From Burkholderiales bacterium (GTDB lineage: Bacteria; Pseudomonadota; Gammaproteobacteria; Burkholderiales; Usitatibacteraceae): 64,000 nt of DNA. Positions 17,674-26,296 of the stretch are shown here, piece by piece; position 1 is the stretch's first letter, and every line of letters begins with the position of its first letter. Both the position numbers and the translations under genes were made by a program. The notes under the pieces are model-generated. The model had not been told where the DNA came from. It ran no database searches and saw only the letters and a list, made by a program, of their open reading frames with translations. The stretch is from the NCBI GenBank assembly GCA_031381925.1, contig JANMYH010000234.1:2676-66675 (forward strand), given 5' to 3'.

Positions 17674-19509
17674 GTGCGTATCCTCGGAGTCTCCGCGTTC
17701 TACCATGACAGCGCCGCGGCGCTGGTCGACGACGGACGCATCGTCGCCGCGGCCCAGGAAGAGCGCTTCAGCCGCCGCAAGCACGATTCGCGCTTCCCGG
17801 TCCACGCGGTCGAATACTGCCTGGCCGAGGCAGGGGTGCCACTCGAGGCGATCGACTACGTCGCCTTCTACGACAAGCCCTTCCTCAAGTTCGAACGCCT
17901 CCTCGAAACCTACCTCGCGTTCGCGCCGCGCGGCTTCCGCTCGTTCCGGATGGCCATTCCGCTTTGGCTGAAGGAGAAGTTGTTCCAGAAACGCCTGCTG
18001 TGCGGCGAATTGGCGCGCCATGCCCCGCACGTGAACTGGGATGAGCGACTGCTTTTCAGCGAACACCACCAGAGCCACGCGGCCTCGGCCTATTACGCTT
18101 CGCCGTTCGACCAGGCCGCGGTGCTGACGATGGACGGCGTGGGAGAGTGGGCCACCACGTCGGTCGCGCAGGGCCGCGGAGCCGCGCTCGACATGATGCG
18201 CGAAATCCATTTTCCGCATTCGCTCGGCCTGCTCTACTCGGCGTTCACGTACTACACCGGCTTCAAGGTCAACTCGGGCGAGTACAAGCTGATGGGTCTT
18301 GCACCGTACGGCGAGCCACGTTTCCGCCAAGCCATCCTCGACAACCTGATCGATCTCAAGCCGGACGGCTCGTTTCGCCTCGACCAGGGCTATTTCGACT
18401 ACTGCACCGGCCTCACGATGACCAACACGCGTTTCGATGCGTTGTTCGGTGGTCCGCCCAGGCGCCAGGACGAGCTGCTGACGCAGCGCCACATGGATCT
18501 CGCCGCCTCGATCCAGTCGGTGCTCGAGGAGGCGGTGCTGCGCCTGACGCGCTCGCTCGCGGCGGAGACGGGTTCGCGCAACCTGTGCCTGGCCGGCGGC
18601 GTGGCGCTCAATTGCGTGGCCAACGGCAAGATACTTCGCGACGGGCGCTTCGAGCGAATCTGGATCCAGCCGGCCGCGGGCGATGCTGGAGGTGCCCTCG
18701 GCGCGGCCCTTGCGGCCTGGCACCTTCACCTGGGAAAACCGCGCGAGCCCACCGGCGGCATCGACGCGATGCAGGGGGGATACCTGGGCCCGTCGTTCAG
18801 CGACGCGGACATCGCCTCCCGCCTCGCGCAGTGCGGCGCCCGTTTCACGCAACTGCCCGAGGCGGAGCTGACCGGGCGCGCTGCAGCCGACCTGGTCGCG
18901 GGCAAGGCGCTCGGCTGGTTCCAGGGCAGGATGGAGTTCGGCCCGCGCGCGCTCGGCGCGCGCTCGATCCTCGGCGATCCGCGTTCGCCCACGATGCAGA
19001 AGACTCTCAACCTGCGCATCAAGTATCGCGAATCGTTCCGACCGTTCGCACCGGCCGTATTGCGCGAGGACGTCGCCGAATGGTTCGACCTCGACGGCGA
19101 CTCGCCTTACATGCTGCTGGTCGCAGACGTCGTCGATCGCCGGCGACGCGCGATGACTGCGAGCGAGGAAGCATTGTTCGGCATCGAAAGGCTCAACGTT
19201 CCCCGTTCCGACATTCCCGCGGTGACTCATGTCGACTATTCGGCGCGGGTCCAGACCGTCCACAAGGAGACCAACCCGCGTTTCCATGACCTGCTTTCGC
19301 GGTTCAAGGCGGCGACAGGCTGCCCGGTACTCGTCAACACCAGCTTCAACGTGCGCGGCGAGCCCATCGTGGGCACGCCGCAGGACGCATTCCGCTGCTT
19401 CATGGGCAGCGACATCGAGACACTGGCGATCGGCAACTGCCTGCTTGCCAAGGACGCGCAGGACCCCGCGTTGAAGCTGGACTACAAGAATGCCTTCGAG
19501 CTCGACTGA
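17674..19509 (+). CDS. NodU/CmcH-family carbamoyltransferase
   Basis: GTG start. 'RILGVSAFYHDSAAALVDDGRIVAAAQEERFSRRKHDSRFP', 'LCLAGGVALNCVANG', 'VLVNTSFNVRGEPIV' are hallmark blocks of this family. Confidence 0.85.
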   Translation: MRILGVSAFYHDSAAALVDDGRIVAAAQEERFSRRKHDSRFPVHAVEYCLAEAGVPLEAIDYVAFYDKPFLKFERLLETYLAFAPRGFRSFRMAIPLWLKEKLFQKRLLCGELARHAPHVNWDERLLFSEHHQSHAASAYYASPFDQAAVLTMDGVGEWATTSVAQGRGAALDMMREIHFPHSLGLLYSAFTYYTGFKVNSGEYKLMGLAPYGEPRFRQAILDNLIDLKPDGSFRLDQGYFDYCTGLTMTNTRFDALFGGPPRRQDELLTQRHMDLAASIQSVLEEAVLRLTRSLAAETGSRNLCLAGGVALNCVANGKILRDGRFERIWIQPAAGDAGGALGAALAAWHLHLGKPREPTGGIDAMQGGYLGPSFSDADIASRLAQCGARFTQLPEAELTGRAAADLVAGKALGWFQGRMEFGPRALGARSILGDPRSPTMQKTLNLRIKYRESFRPFAPAVLREDVAEWFDLDGDSPYMLLVADVVDRRRRAMTASEEALFGIERLNVPRSDIPAVTHVDYSARVQTVHKETNPRFHDLLSRFKAATGCPVLVNTSFNVRGEPIVGTPQDAFRCFMGSDIETLAIGNCLLAKDAQDPALKLDYKNAFELD

Positions 19510-20638
19510 GCCGCGCCCCTCCCCACCGGACGACGCGCAATCGGAACCACGCCGCTCGAAACGCCATTCGCTCCGGGTGAATCTCCTGCTCTCGGTCGTG
19601 AGCACGGCGGCCCTGTTCCTTCTCATCGAGGGACTGGCCAGCCTCCTGATGTCCGCGCGCGTCGCAAAGCACACGCTCTCCATGCGCGAGGAGTCACATT
19701 CGCGCTACGACGCCGATCTCGGATGGAGCCACGCGCCCGGCCTCCGGATCGACAACCTGTATGGGGAGAACGCGCACTTCACGACCAACTCCCGGGGCTT
19801 CCGCGGCCGGGAGGACTTCGACAAGGCCATCCCGCCGGGGAAGTACCGCGTCGTCGCGCTCGGCGACTCGTTCACCATGGGCTACGGCGTCGGGGATGAA
19901 GCGAGCTACCCCTCGCAGATGCAGGCAATTTGCCCCGGGCTGCAGAGCGTCAACATGGGACAGGGCGGCTACGGGATCGACCAGGACTATCTCTGGTACA
20001 AGCGCGATGGCGCGAAGCTCGACACCAACGTGTTGCTCCTGGCGGTCATCGCGCACGACTTCTACCGCATGGCGGGGGACAATTTCATCGGTTACGGAAA
20101 GCCGGTGCTGCGGGTCAGGAACAGGGCCCTCGTGATCGAAAACGTCCCGGTCCCCGAGACCTGGAACACGCGCACCGCGATGCGTCGCGCGCGCGCGTTC
20201 CTGGACAGCCTGGCCGTGGTCAGGACAGGGCATTGGCTGGCCGGCCACGCCTCCGCCCCTCCGGAGGAGCAGTTCTATGGCGTCGTGAGCGAGGACGTCT
20301 TCGCGGCCGCGGGACTCGTTCTCGACGAGCTTGCCCACCTGTCGAAGTCCCGGGGACAGCACTTCGTCGTCGCCTACCTTCCGATCGGTTATCTGATGCA
20401 GAAGGAGCCGACGCGCGAGTTGGCATGGCTCGAGGACTACGCCCGCAGGAACGGGGCTTCGTTCATCAATCTGGTTCCCGAATTCAAGCGGCTGACGGCC
20501 GGAGAGTTCGCCCGCATGTTCCGGCCCGACCACCACTACACCGAGGAAGGCAACCGGTTTGTGGCGGCAGCCCTGTTGCGGCAGCTTGCCGGGCGGATTT
20601 CCGGCTTTCCGGAGTGCGGGGCTCGCGGGATACGGTGA
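19490..20638 (+). CDS. SGNH/GDSL-like hydrolase, paralog 3 (membrane-anchored)
   Basis: TM 'LLLSVVSTAALFLLIEGLASLL', block I 'YRVVALGDSFTMGYG', block V 'RPDHHYTEEGNRFVA'. Confidence 0.7.
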   Translation: MPSSSTEPRPSPPDDAQSEPRRSKRHSLRVNLLLSVVSTAALFLLIEGLASLLMSARVAKHTLSMREESHSRYDADLGWSHAPGLRIDNLYGENAHFTTNSRGFRGREDFDKAIPPGKYRVVALGDSFTMGYGVGDEASYPSQMQAICPGLQSVNMGQGGYGIDQDYLWYKRDGAKLDTNVLLLAVIAHDFYRMAGDNFIGYGKPVLRVRNRALVIENVPVPETWNTRTAMRRARAFLDSLAVVRTGHWLAGHASAPPEEQFYGVVSEDVFAAAGLVLDELAHLSKSRGQHFVVAYLPIGYLMQKEPTRELAWLEDYARRNGASFINLVPEFKRLTAGEFARMFRPDHHYTEEGNRFVAAALLRQLAGRISGFPECGARGIR

Positions 20639-20643
20639 GCCCG

Positions 20644-20973
20644 ATGCAGAACCTGCGCTTCGTCACCGCTGCCGAGCTCGACGAGATCGGTCGCAGCGGT
20701 GGCTCGGTGGTGGTGGCGTTTGTCGCGAGCTGGAACCAGCGCTGCCAGGCCTTCGCCCCTGGCTACCGGGCGTTCGCCGCGGGTTGCGGCGCTGCGCTGC
20801 CCGCGGTTTGCGTCGACGTGGACGAGTGCAGCGCCCTTACGGCGTCATTCGACGTTTGCAGCGTTCCCACCATCATCCTGCTGCGCGCCGGCGCGGAGGT
20901 GCATCGCGAGGTGGGGCTCGACCTGGGGGCTCTGGGCACTCGCCTCAAGTCGGAGGGCTACGCGACCGAGTGA
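20644..20973 (+). CDS. thioredoxin-fold protein lacking the CxxC dyad (monothiol 'WNQRC')
   Basis: Last 109 codons of track ORF 19930-20973, from ATG 20644. 'VVVAFVASWNQRCQAFAPGY...VCVDVDECSALTASFDVCSVPTIILLRAG' has thioredoxin topology (cis-Pro 'SVPT'). The active-site position has only one Cys. Confidence 0.55.
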   Translation: MQNLRFVTAAELDEIGRSGGSVVVAFVASWNQRCQAFAPGYRAFAAGCGAALPAVCVDVDECSALTASFDVCSVPTIILLRAGAEVHREVGLDLGALGTRLKSEGYATE

Positions 20974-21899
20974 TTGTCGCTTGCGAACGGGCCCGGGCCC
21001 GGCCGATGGGCGACGAAGAGCATGCCGGGCGAAAGGCGTGGCAGCATCCGCCCCAGGATCCGGATGAGCCACAACCGTAGCTCGAGGCCTGGGTACTCGC
21101 GCCGGATCCGGCCCAGCGACACGACGCGCAGCAGAAGGCGCAGGCCGCGGTTGCCGCCGTGCAGCATGCTCAACAGCGTGAATGGCAGCGACGCGTTCAG
21201 GTGGAAGCTCTGCCCCTGCGCCCCGATTCGCTCGAAACCGGTCATGCGCAGGATGCTCCCCATGCCGGGGATCGTGTAGTGGTGAATGTGCTGCACGCCG
21301 ACGTGCGAGAGCTCGTCGGTGGAATCGGCGTAGACCCGGAATTCGATGAAGGGCGTGTGCTTGCCGAGCAGAACGTCCAGCCGGTTGCGGATGCAGTGCA
21401 AGTTCGGCACCGTCAGGATCACTCTCCCACCGGGTTTGAGCACGCGCAGGATCTCGCGCAGGAGCTGGTCCGGGGAGAAGATGTGCTCCAGTATCTCCGA
21501 GCAGACCACGGTGTCGAACACGCCATCGGCGAACGGTAGCGGTGCGTCCAGGTTGTACTTCACGGCGAGGATGCCGAGACCCTGGATACGGCTCAGGTTG
21601 GCGTCGGCGAGATCGATGCCGACCACCGTGTGGCGAACGCCATAAAGCGAGGCGAGCCAGCCGTTGCCGCAGCCGGCGTCCAGGATCAATTGCGCAGCCG
21701 GGCCTTCGGCCACGCGCGCCACCACGTTGCCGTAGCGATCGTCCTCGAGGTAATGCCGCCGGGTCATGGGCGGGTCGTAGACCTCGGTCATCCGGTCGTA
21801 GAACTGCTCGTAGCCGCCCTTTTTGGCCATCGCCTTCGATCGATCCGCGCTTCGTTGCATTCCCGGGGTCTTCGGAGCTGCCCGGGGCCGGTGCTTCAT
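20958..21899 (-). CDS. class I SAM-dependent methyltransferase
   Basis: 'ILDAGCGNGWLASL', 'FDTVVCSEILEHI', 'LKPGGRVILTVPN'. Start set to ATG 21899, overlapping the upstream stop (ATGA). Confidence 0.8.
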   Translation of the reverse strand: MKHRPRAAPKTPGMQRSADRSKAMAKKGGYEQFYDRMTEVYDPPMTRRHYLEDDRYGNVVARVAEGPAAQLILDAGCGNGWLASLYGVRHTVVGIDLADANLSRIQGLGILAVKYNLDAPLPFADGVFDTVVCSEILEHIFSPDQLLREILRVLKPGGRVILTVPNLHCIRNRLDVLLGKHTPFIEFRVYADSTDELSHVGVQHIHHYTIPGMGSILRMTGFERIGAQGQSFHLNASLPFTLLSMLHGGNRGLRLLLRVVSLGRIRREYPGLELRLWLIRILGRMLPRLSPGMLFVAHRPGPGPFASDNHSVA

Positions 21900-22870
21900 C
21901 GCCGGGCCGACCGCTCCCGCCACCATTCGAGCGTCCTCGCCAGGCCTTCATCGAGGCCGACCTGTGGTTGCCAACCGGTCATCGTCTTGATCTTGTCGAT
22001 CACGCACACGTAGCGGCTCGCCTCGCCCGGCCGCGACGCGATGGCGCCGATGCGCAAGTCCGCCGCCCGCCCCGCCAACCGCGCCGCCTGCTCGGCCACC
22101 TCGCGCACTGTGCACTCTACGCCGCTGCCGACGTTGACCACTTGCCGGATAGCCGCCTCGGTGTCTGCGAGTGCAAGCAAACCGCGCACGGCGTCCTCGA
22201 CGTAGAGGAAATCGCGAGTCTGCTCGCCCGTGGTCATCGCGAACGGGCGGTGTTCGGCGCACGCCTCGAGCAAGGACGGGATGAACATGCCAGCCATCTG
22301 GTGCGGACCATACACCACCGCCAGCCGTGCCACGCAAATGGGGGGCGACGGCAACGCGACGCAGGCCAAGGTGGCCGCCAGGCGCGAGATCGCGTACGCC
22401 GTCTGCGGCTCGGCAGGCTGGGCCTCGCGGAACGGGACCGGCCCGCGCCCGTACTCCTCGCAGCTGCCCACCAGCACGACCCGGGTGTCGGCGCGCACCC
22501 CCTCGATGACGTGCAGGGCGCCGAGTACGTTGGTCTCGAACAACGCCGCGAGATTGGCGGGACTGTTGCCCAGGAGCCGCACGCCAGCCAGATGAAACAC
22601 GCGATCCGGCGGCCGCGCCGCCAATGCCGCGGCCACCGCGTCGCGATCGCGCACGTCGACGCGATGGACCTCGACGTTCGTCAGGCGGGCATCAAGGGCC
22701 GCTGCCGACCCGGGCCGCGCCCAGACCTCGACGGCTTCGCCGGTGCTCGACAGCGCCCGGCAAAGGTGACTGCCGATGAAGCCGGTTCCGCCCGTGATCA
22801 ACGTGCGGCGCCCGCTGCCACCGCCGTGCGAAGGCGTATCGTCGCCGCGAGCCGCGGAAATCACGCTCAC
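21896..22870 (-). CDS. NAD-dependent NDP-sugar epimerase/dehydratase/reductase (extended SDR)
   Basis: 'TLITGGTGFIGSHLCRAL' Rossmann motif and extended-SDR length. GTG start overlaps the upstream stop (GTGA). Confidence 0.8.
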   Translation of the reverse strand: MSVISAARGDDTPSHGGGSGRRTLITGGTGFIGSHLCRALSSTGEAVEVWARPGSAAALDARLTNVEVHRVDVRDRDAVAAALAARPPDRVFHLAGVRLLGNSPANLAALFETNVLGALHVIEGVRADTRVVLVGSCEEYGRGPVPFREAQPAEPQTAYAISRLAATLACVALPSPPICVARLAVVYGPHQMAGMFIPSLLEACAEHRPFAMTTGEQTRDFLYVEDAVRGLLALADTEAAIRQVVNVGSGVECTVREVAEQAARLAGRAADLRIGAIASRPGEASRYVCVIDKIKTMTGWQPQVGLDEGLARTLEWWRERSARR

Positions 22871-23853
22871 AGCTCACGGGGCGGTCGCGCATCGATGCGA
22901 CGCACCAGCTCCCGGGTCAGTGGAGGCATCAGGAACGCGCACGCCGCCAGCGGCCAGTGCCGGCTCCACAGAGGGTTGATGCGAATGGCGCGACGCAGCG
23001 ACCGGCGGCAGCCCTCCAGGTCGCCGCGCCGCACGGCGATACGCGCCTGAAGGTTGTAGAACATCGACAGGAGCCGCCGCCGAAGCCGCTCGGCATGGCC
23101 GTGGTAGCGGCGGCGCTCCAGGATGCGCAGCACCATCCCCACAGCCACCGGATCGGCGCCGATGCCCTGGTAGCGCTGCATCTGTCCCTCGTGGAATCGA
23201 AAGCGAACCAGCTCCTCGGTCGCGAACCAGGCCCGGCCGTCACGCTCGCCGAGGCGAAGCAGCAGGTTCAACTCGAACGGCCACAATCCGAAGCAATCGT
23301 CGTCCACGAAGCCCGACGCATGCAGCGCCGCGCTGCGGATCACGGTGCCGCAGATCGGCACGAAGCCGGTGCGCATGAGCGGCTCGAGGATTCGCATGGG
23401 CCCTTCGGGTTGGCCCTCTCGGCCGCGCGCCCGGCGATAGCCCGACGTGCGCTCGGCCGACACGACACCGTCGGAGTCGATCATCCTGGCGTTCGCAAAG
23501 AAGCACACGACGTCGGGATTGCGGTCGAGGCGCCGTATCGCCGCTTCCAGGTGGGCCGGCTCCAGCAGGTCGTCGTCGTGCAGGATGACGAAGTACTCCT
23601 CGCGGCATTGGCGGAACAGCCAATCACAGTTGCCGTATTCGCGGATATTCTTCGGCTGCGCCCAGTAGCCGATGCGCGGATCGCCAAGCTCCTCGACAAA
23701 CGCGCGCACCGCAGCCGCGGACTCGGGGTGCGAGGCGTTGTCGCTGATGACCACCCGCCAGTCCTGGAAGGTCTGCTGGCGCACGCTCTCGACCGCCAGC
23801 TGGACGAAGTCCGGACGGTTCAGGGTCGGAATGCCAATGAAGACTCTCGGCAC
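22867..23853 (-). CDS. family 2 glycosyltransferase
   Basis: 'VFIGIPTLNRPDFVQLAVESVRQQTFQDWRVVISDNAS' and 'YFVILHDDDLL' (DxD region). Confidence 0.8.
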   Translation of the reverse strand: MPRVFIGIPTLNRPDFVQLAVESVRQQTFQDWRVVISDNASHPESAAAVRAFVEELGDPRIGYWAQPKNIREYGNCDWLFRQCREEYFVILHDDDLLEPAHLEAAIRRLDRNPDVVCFFANARMIDSDGVVSAERTSGYRRARGREGQPEGPMRILEPLMRTGFVPICGTVIRSAALHASGFVDDDCFGLWPFELNLLLRLGERDGRAWFATEELVRFRFHEGQMQRYQGIGADPVAVGMVLRILERRRYHGHAERLRRRLLSMFYNLQARIAVRRGDLEGCRRSLRRAIRINPLWSRHWPLAACAFLMPPLTRELVRRIDARPPREL

Positions 23854-23928
23854 GGTCTGGGGGGCCGCGACGCCCGCCGCTACGGGAGTCGCGCAGCGCG
23901 ATTTGTGTCGCGCAAGGCTAGCACAAGC

Positions 23929-25059
23929 CTATCTCGGTGCCCGCAAATTCGCCAGATCGGTACTCATCATGCCGATGCCGAATTCCCGGCCCTTCCAGCC
24001 GCGCCGGATCATGTTCCCGAGCGCGTCGTATCCCGTGTGTCCCCCGAACCACAGCCTCACCTGGTCGCCGTCGATGAGGGCTGCCGGACCGCTGAGCTCG
24101 CCCTTGGCCGACCAGTCGTTGTCGTCGCGGCGCAGCAGCGGGCCGCCGTTCTCGACGAACCTGAGCCCCCCGTCCGTCGAGATCGCGTGCTGCAGCGCCA
24201 CCTGGCGCCAATTCGGTTTCGCGTTCTTGTCGAAATGGACGACGTCATAGAAGAGGTGAATCGTGTCGCCGTCGGCGAGCGCGGAGGGAGTGGAATATCC
24301 GGGGAACCCCGCCTCCGGAGGGTATAGCTTCGACTGGGTGAGCACGACGCGCGGCGTGTCGAAAGTCCGCCCATCCGGGGAGATGGCAAGCCCGATGCTC
24401 TGCAGCTGCGGGGGCGAACCCCCGGCGCGCGCCCCGATCCCGATGAAGTACAGGTGCAGCCGGTCCTTGTAGACGACCGCGCCGGGCTCGGCGACCGCGT
24501 AGCCGGTCCACTCGCTCACCTTGCCGCTCGAAGTGATCACCGGCTTGGGGTCCTTTTTCCAGTTGATGCCGTCGGGAGAGGTCGCGTGCCCGATCTCCAT
24601 CACCGGGGCGTGGCCGGAAGGATGGATGCCGCTGAAGTACATGTGGTACTCGCCGCGAAAAAAAACCACCGAGGGGGTCTCGATGCTCACGAAAGGCGTG
24701 CCCGAAGCGTCCATGAGCGGCTTCGCGGGATCCAGGCGCCAGTGGATGCCGTCATTGGACACCGCGCGAAAGGTGAGGATCGGCGGCGAGAACGGCTCCT
24801 TCGTGCTGCTCGTCATGTACATCAAATAGGTGTCGCCGACCTTGAGCACGCTGGGATCTGCCCAGAGCCCCTTGTCGATGAAGTCGCCCGCCTTGACGAC
24901 CGGATTGCCCGGATGGAGTATCCAGCGCGCCTGTCGGGGCGCGAGATTCAAGGGCGCATCGATCTCGCTGGCGCACGCCGCCAGCTGGCCGACCAGGACC
25001 GCGGCGGCCAGCGCGGTAAACGGGTTCAAGGGAGACACTCGCCGGGCCATCGCACGCAC
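23929..25059 (-). CDS. lipoprotein, five-bladed beta-propeller glycoside hydrolase-like (GH43-like)
   Basis: Signal peptide with lipobox 'GQLAAC'. 'LWADPSVLKVGDTYLMYMT', 'YHMYFSG', 'LHLYFIG' blade repeats are typical of the GH43/32/68 clan. Contains a T8 run (plus-strand A8 24658-24665). Confidence 0.55.
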   Translation of the reverse strand: MRAMARRVSPLNPFTALAAAVLVGQLAACASEIDAPLNLAPRQARWILHPGNPVVKAGDFIDKGLWADPSVLKVGDTYLMYMTSSTKEPFSPPILTFRAVSNDGIHWRLDPAKPLMDASGTPFVSIETPSVVFFRGEYHMYFSGIHPSGHAPVMEIGHATSPDGINWKKDPKPVITSSGKVSEWTGYAVAEPGAVVYKDRLHLYFIGIGARAGGSPPQLQSIGLAISPDGRTFDTPRVVLTQSKLYPPEAGFPGYSTPSALADGDTIHLFYDVVHFDKNAKPNWRQVALQHAISTDGGLRFVENGGPLLRRDDNDWSAKGELSGPAALIDGDQVRLWFGGHTGYDALGNMIRRGWKGREFGIGMMSTDLANLRAPR

Positions 25060-25067
25060 TCCTCGTT

Positions 25068-26081
25068 CTAGAAATTGTCTCGGGCAAGGACGCGCGCCAA
25101 CTCCTCGCCGGCAATGCGGTTTCCCAACCGGTTCCAGTGATGCCCGTCGTAGATCCGCACGACCTGCCCGCTCTTCTCGGCCGCTTCGACTTTCTCGGAA
25201 ACCGACGTCTGCGCCTCCAGGCCCGCAACCCGGGCCATCGCCTTCCAGGTCTCGGTCTCCTCGCGCTTCGAGGTATTGCAGGAAATCGAGACGGAGCGGG
25301 TGCCCTTCGGCATCGCCGCGACCAGCTGCGACATCAGATTTGTCGTGAGCGAGATCGCCGCCGCCTTCTTCGCGGCGTTGGCCGGCGCGTCGGTCCCGCG
25401 GTCGCCGGATGGATCGTCGATGCGGTACTGGAGCTTCATGAGCTCGATGTCGATCTTGCGGAACAGGCGGGAGTTGTTGTGCAGCACCTGGTAGGGATGG
25501 TACTTGGGCAGTCGATAGGCGATCAAGCCGTCCACGACGTATGGGCGCAGGTTCTTCTGGTTGCGGACGTGGCTCGTCATTGCCTCGAGTTCGAAGCTGT
25601 TGTCGGAGAGGTCGTTCGTGCAGTACTGCAGCACGAAGATATCCGGCTTGATGAGGTCGATGAATTGCCGCGCCAGGAGCAGCTCCTGCAGCGTTCCGTA
25701 CCCGCCGCCCCCGATCGCAAACACCTCCACCGGCAGGCGGCTTGCGACAACGCCAAAATAGGCCTCCTCGTTGCTGGTGTAGGGATCCGCGGTGAAGGAG
25801 TCCCCCACGACGAGCACGCGCTTGCGCGTCCCCGAGAGGTCCCCAAAGGCGCGAAATCCGTTCCGGACGGTGGAAAAATCAACCTCGTATTCGCCCCCCC
25901 CCTGGTCGCGTATCTTCATCCGCGCGGAAAATCCGGCTTTCGGCTTCCAGCCCAGCACGTCGTCCGGCTCGTAGACCAGGGGCTGGCCGAAGGTCCTGAT
26001 GACCACCTCTCCGAACAGGGCCAGAATCACGAAAGCAATCGTCAATCCCAGCGCCATGTCCCGATACTTCTGCATGTCCAC
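25068..26081 (-). CDS. SGNH/GDSL-like hydrolase, paralog 4 (membrane-anchored)
   Basis: TM 'LGLTIAFVILALFGEVVI', block I 'RVLVVGDSFTADPY', block V 'YDGHHWNRLGNRIAG'. Contains a G9 run (plus-strand C9 25894-25902). Confidence 0.7.
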   Translation of the reverse strand: MDMQKYRDMALGLTIAFVILALFGEVVIRTFGQPLVYEPDDVLGWKPKAGFSARMKIRDQGGGEYEVDFSTVRNGFRAFGDLSGTRKRVLVVGDSFTADPYTSNEEAYFGVVASRLPVEVFAIGGGGYGTLQELLLARQFIDLIKPDIFVLQYCTNDLSDNSFELEAMTSHVRNQKNLRPYVVDGLIAYRLPKYHPYQVLHNNSRLFRKIDIELMKLQYRIDDPSGDRGTDAPANAAKKAAAISLTTNLMSQLVAAMPKGTRSVSISCNTSKREETETWKAMARVAGLEAQTSVSEKVEAAEKSGQVVRIYDGHHWNRLGNRIAGEELARVLARDNF

Positions 26082-26296
26082 TTCGAGACTCCGGGTCCGG
26101 GGAGACCGACATTTCGGGTGGGGGAACGTTACGTTACGACGCCGCGCGGGTCAACGTTGCACGCTCACCGAGGGCCGCGACCTTGACGGGCTCTGGGGGG
26201 CCACGTACGATCAGCCGGCCGCAGGGTCCAGATGCGCGGTGCGATCGGGCCTTGACTCCTTCCGAATGTTCCCCAGAGCGCGTCTACAGACAGGTC

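Noticed and set aside
17638-19683. 681-aa minus-strand ORF
   Set aside because: It lies entirely antisense to the carbamoyltransferase, which has clear family motifs. Its composition is Arg/Ala/Gly-rich with no motifs, typical of a shadow ORF in GC-rich DNA.
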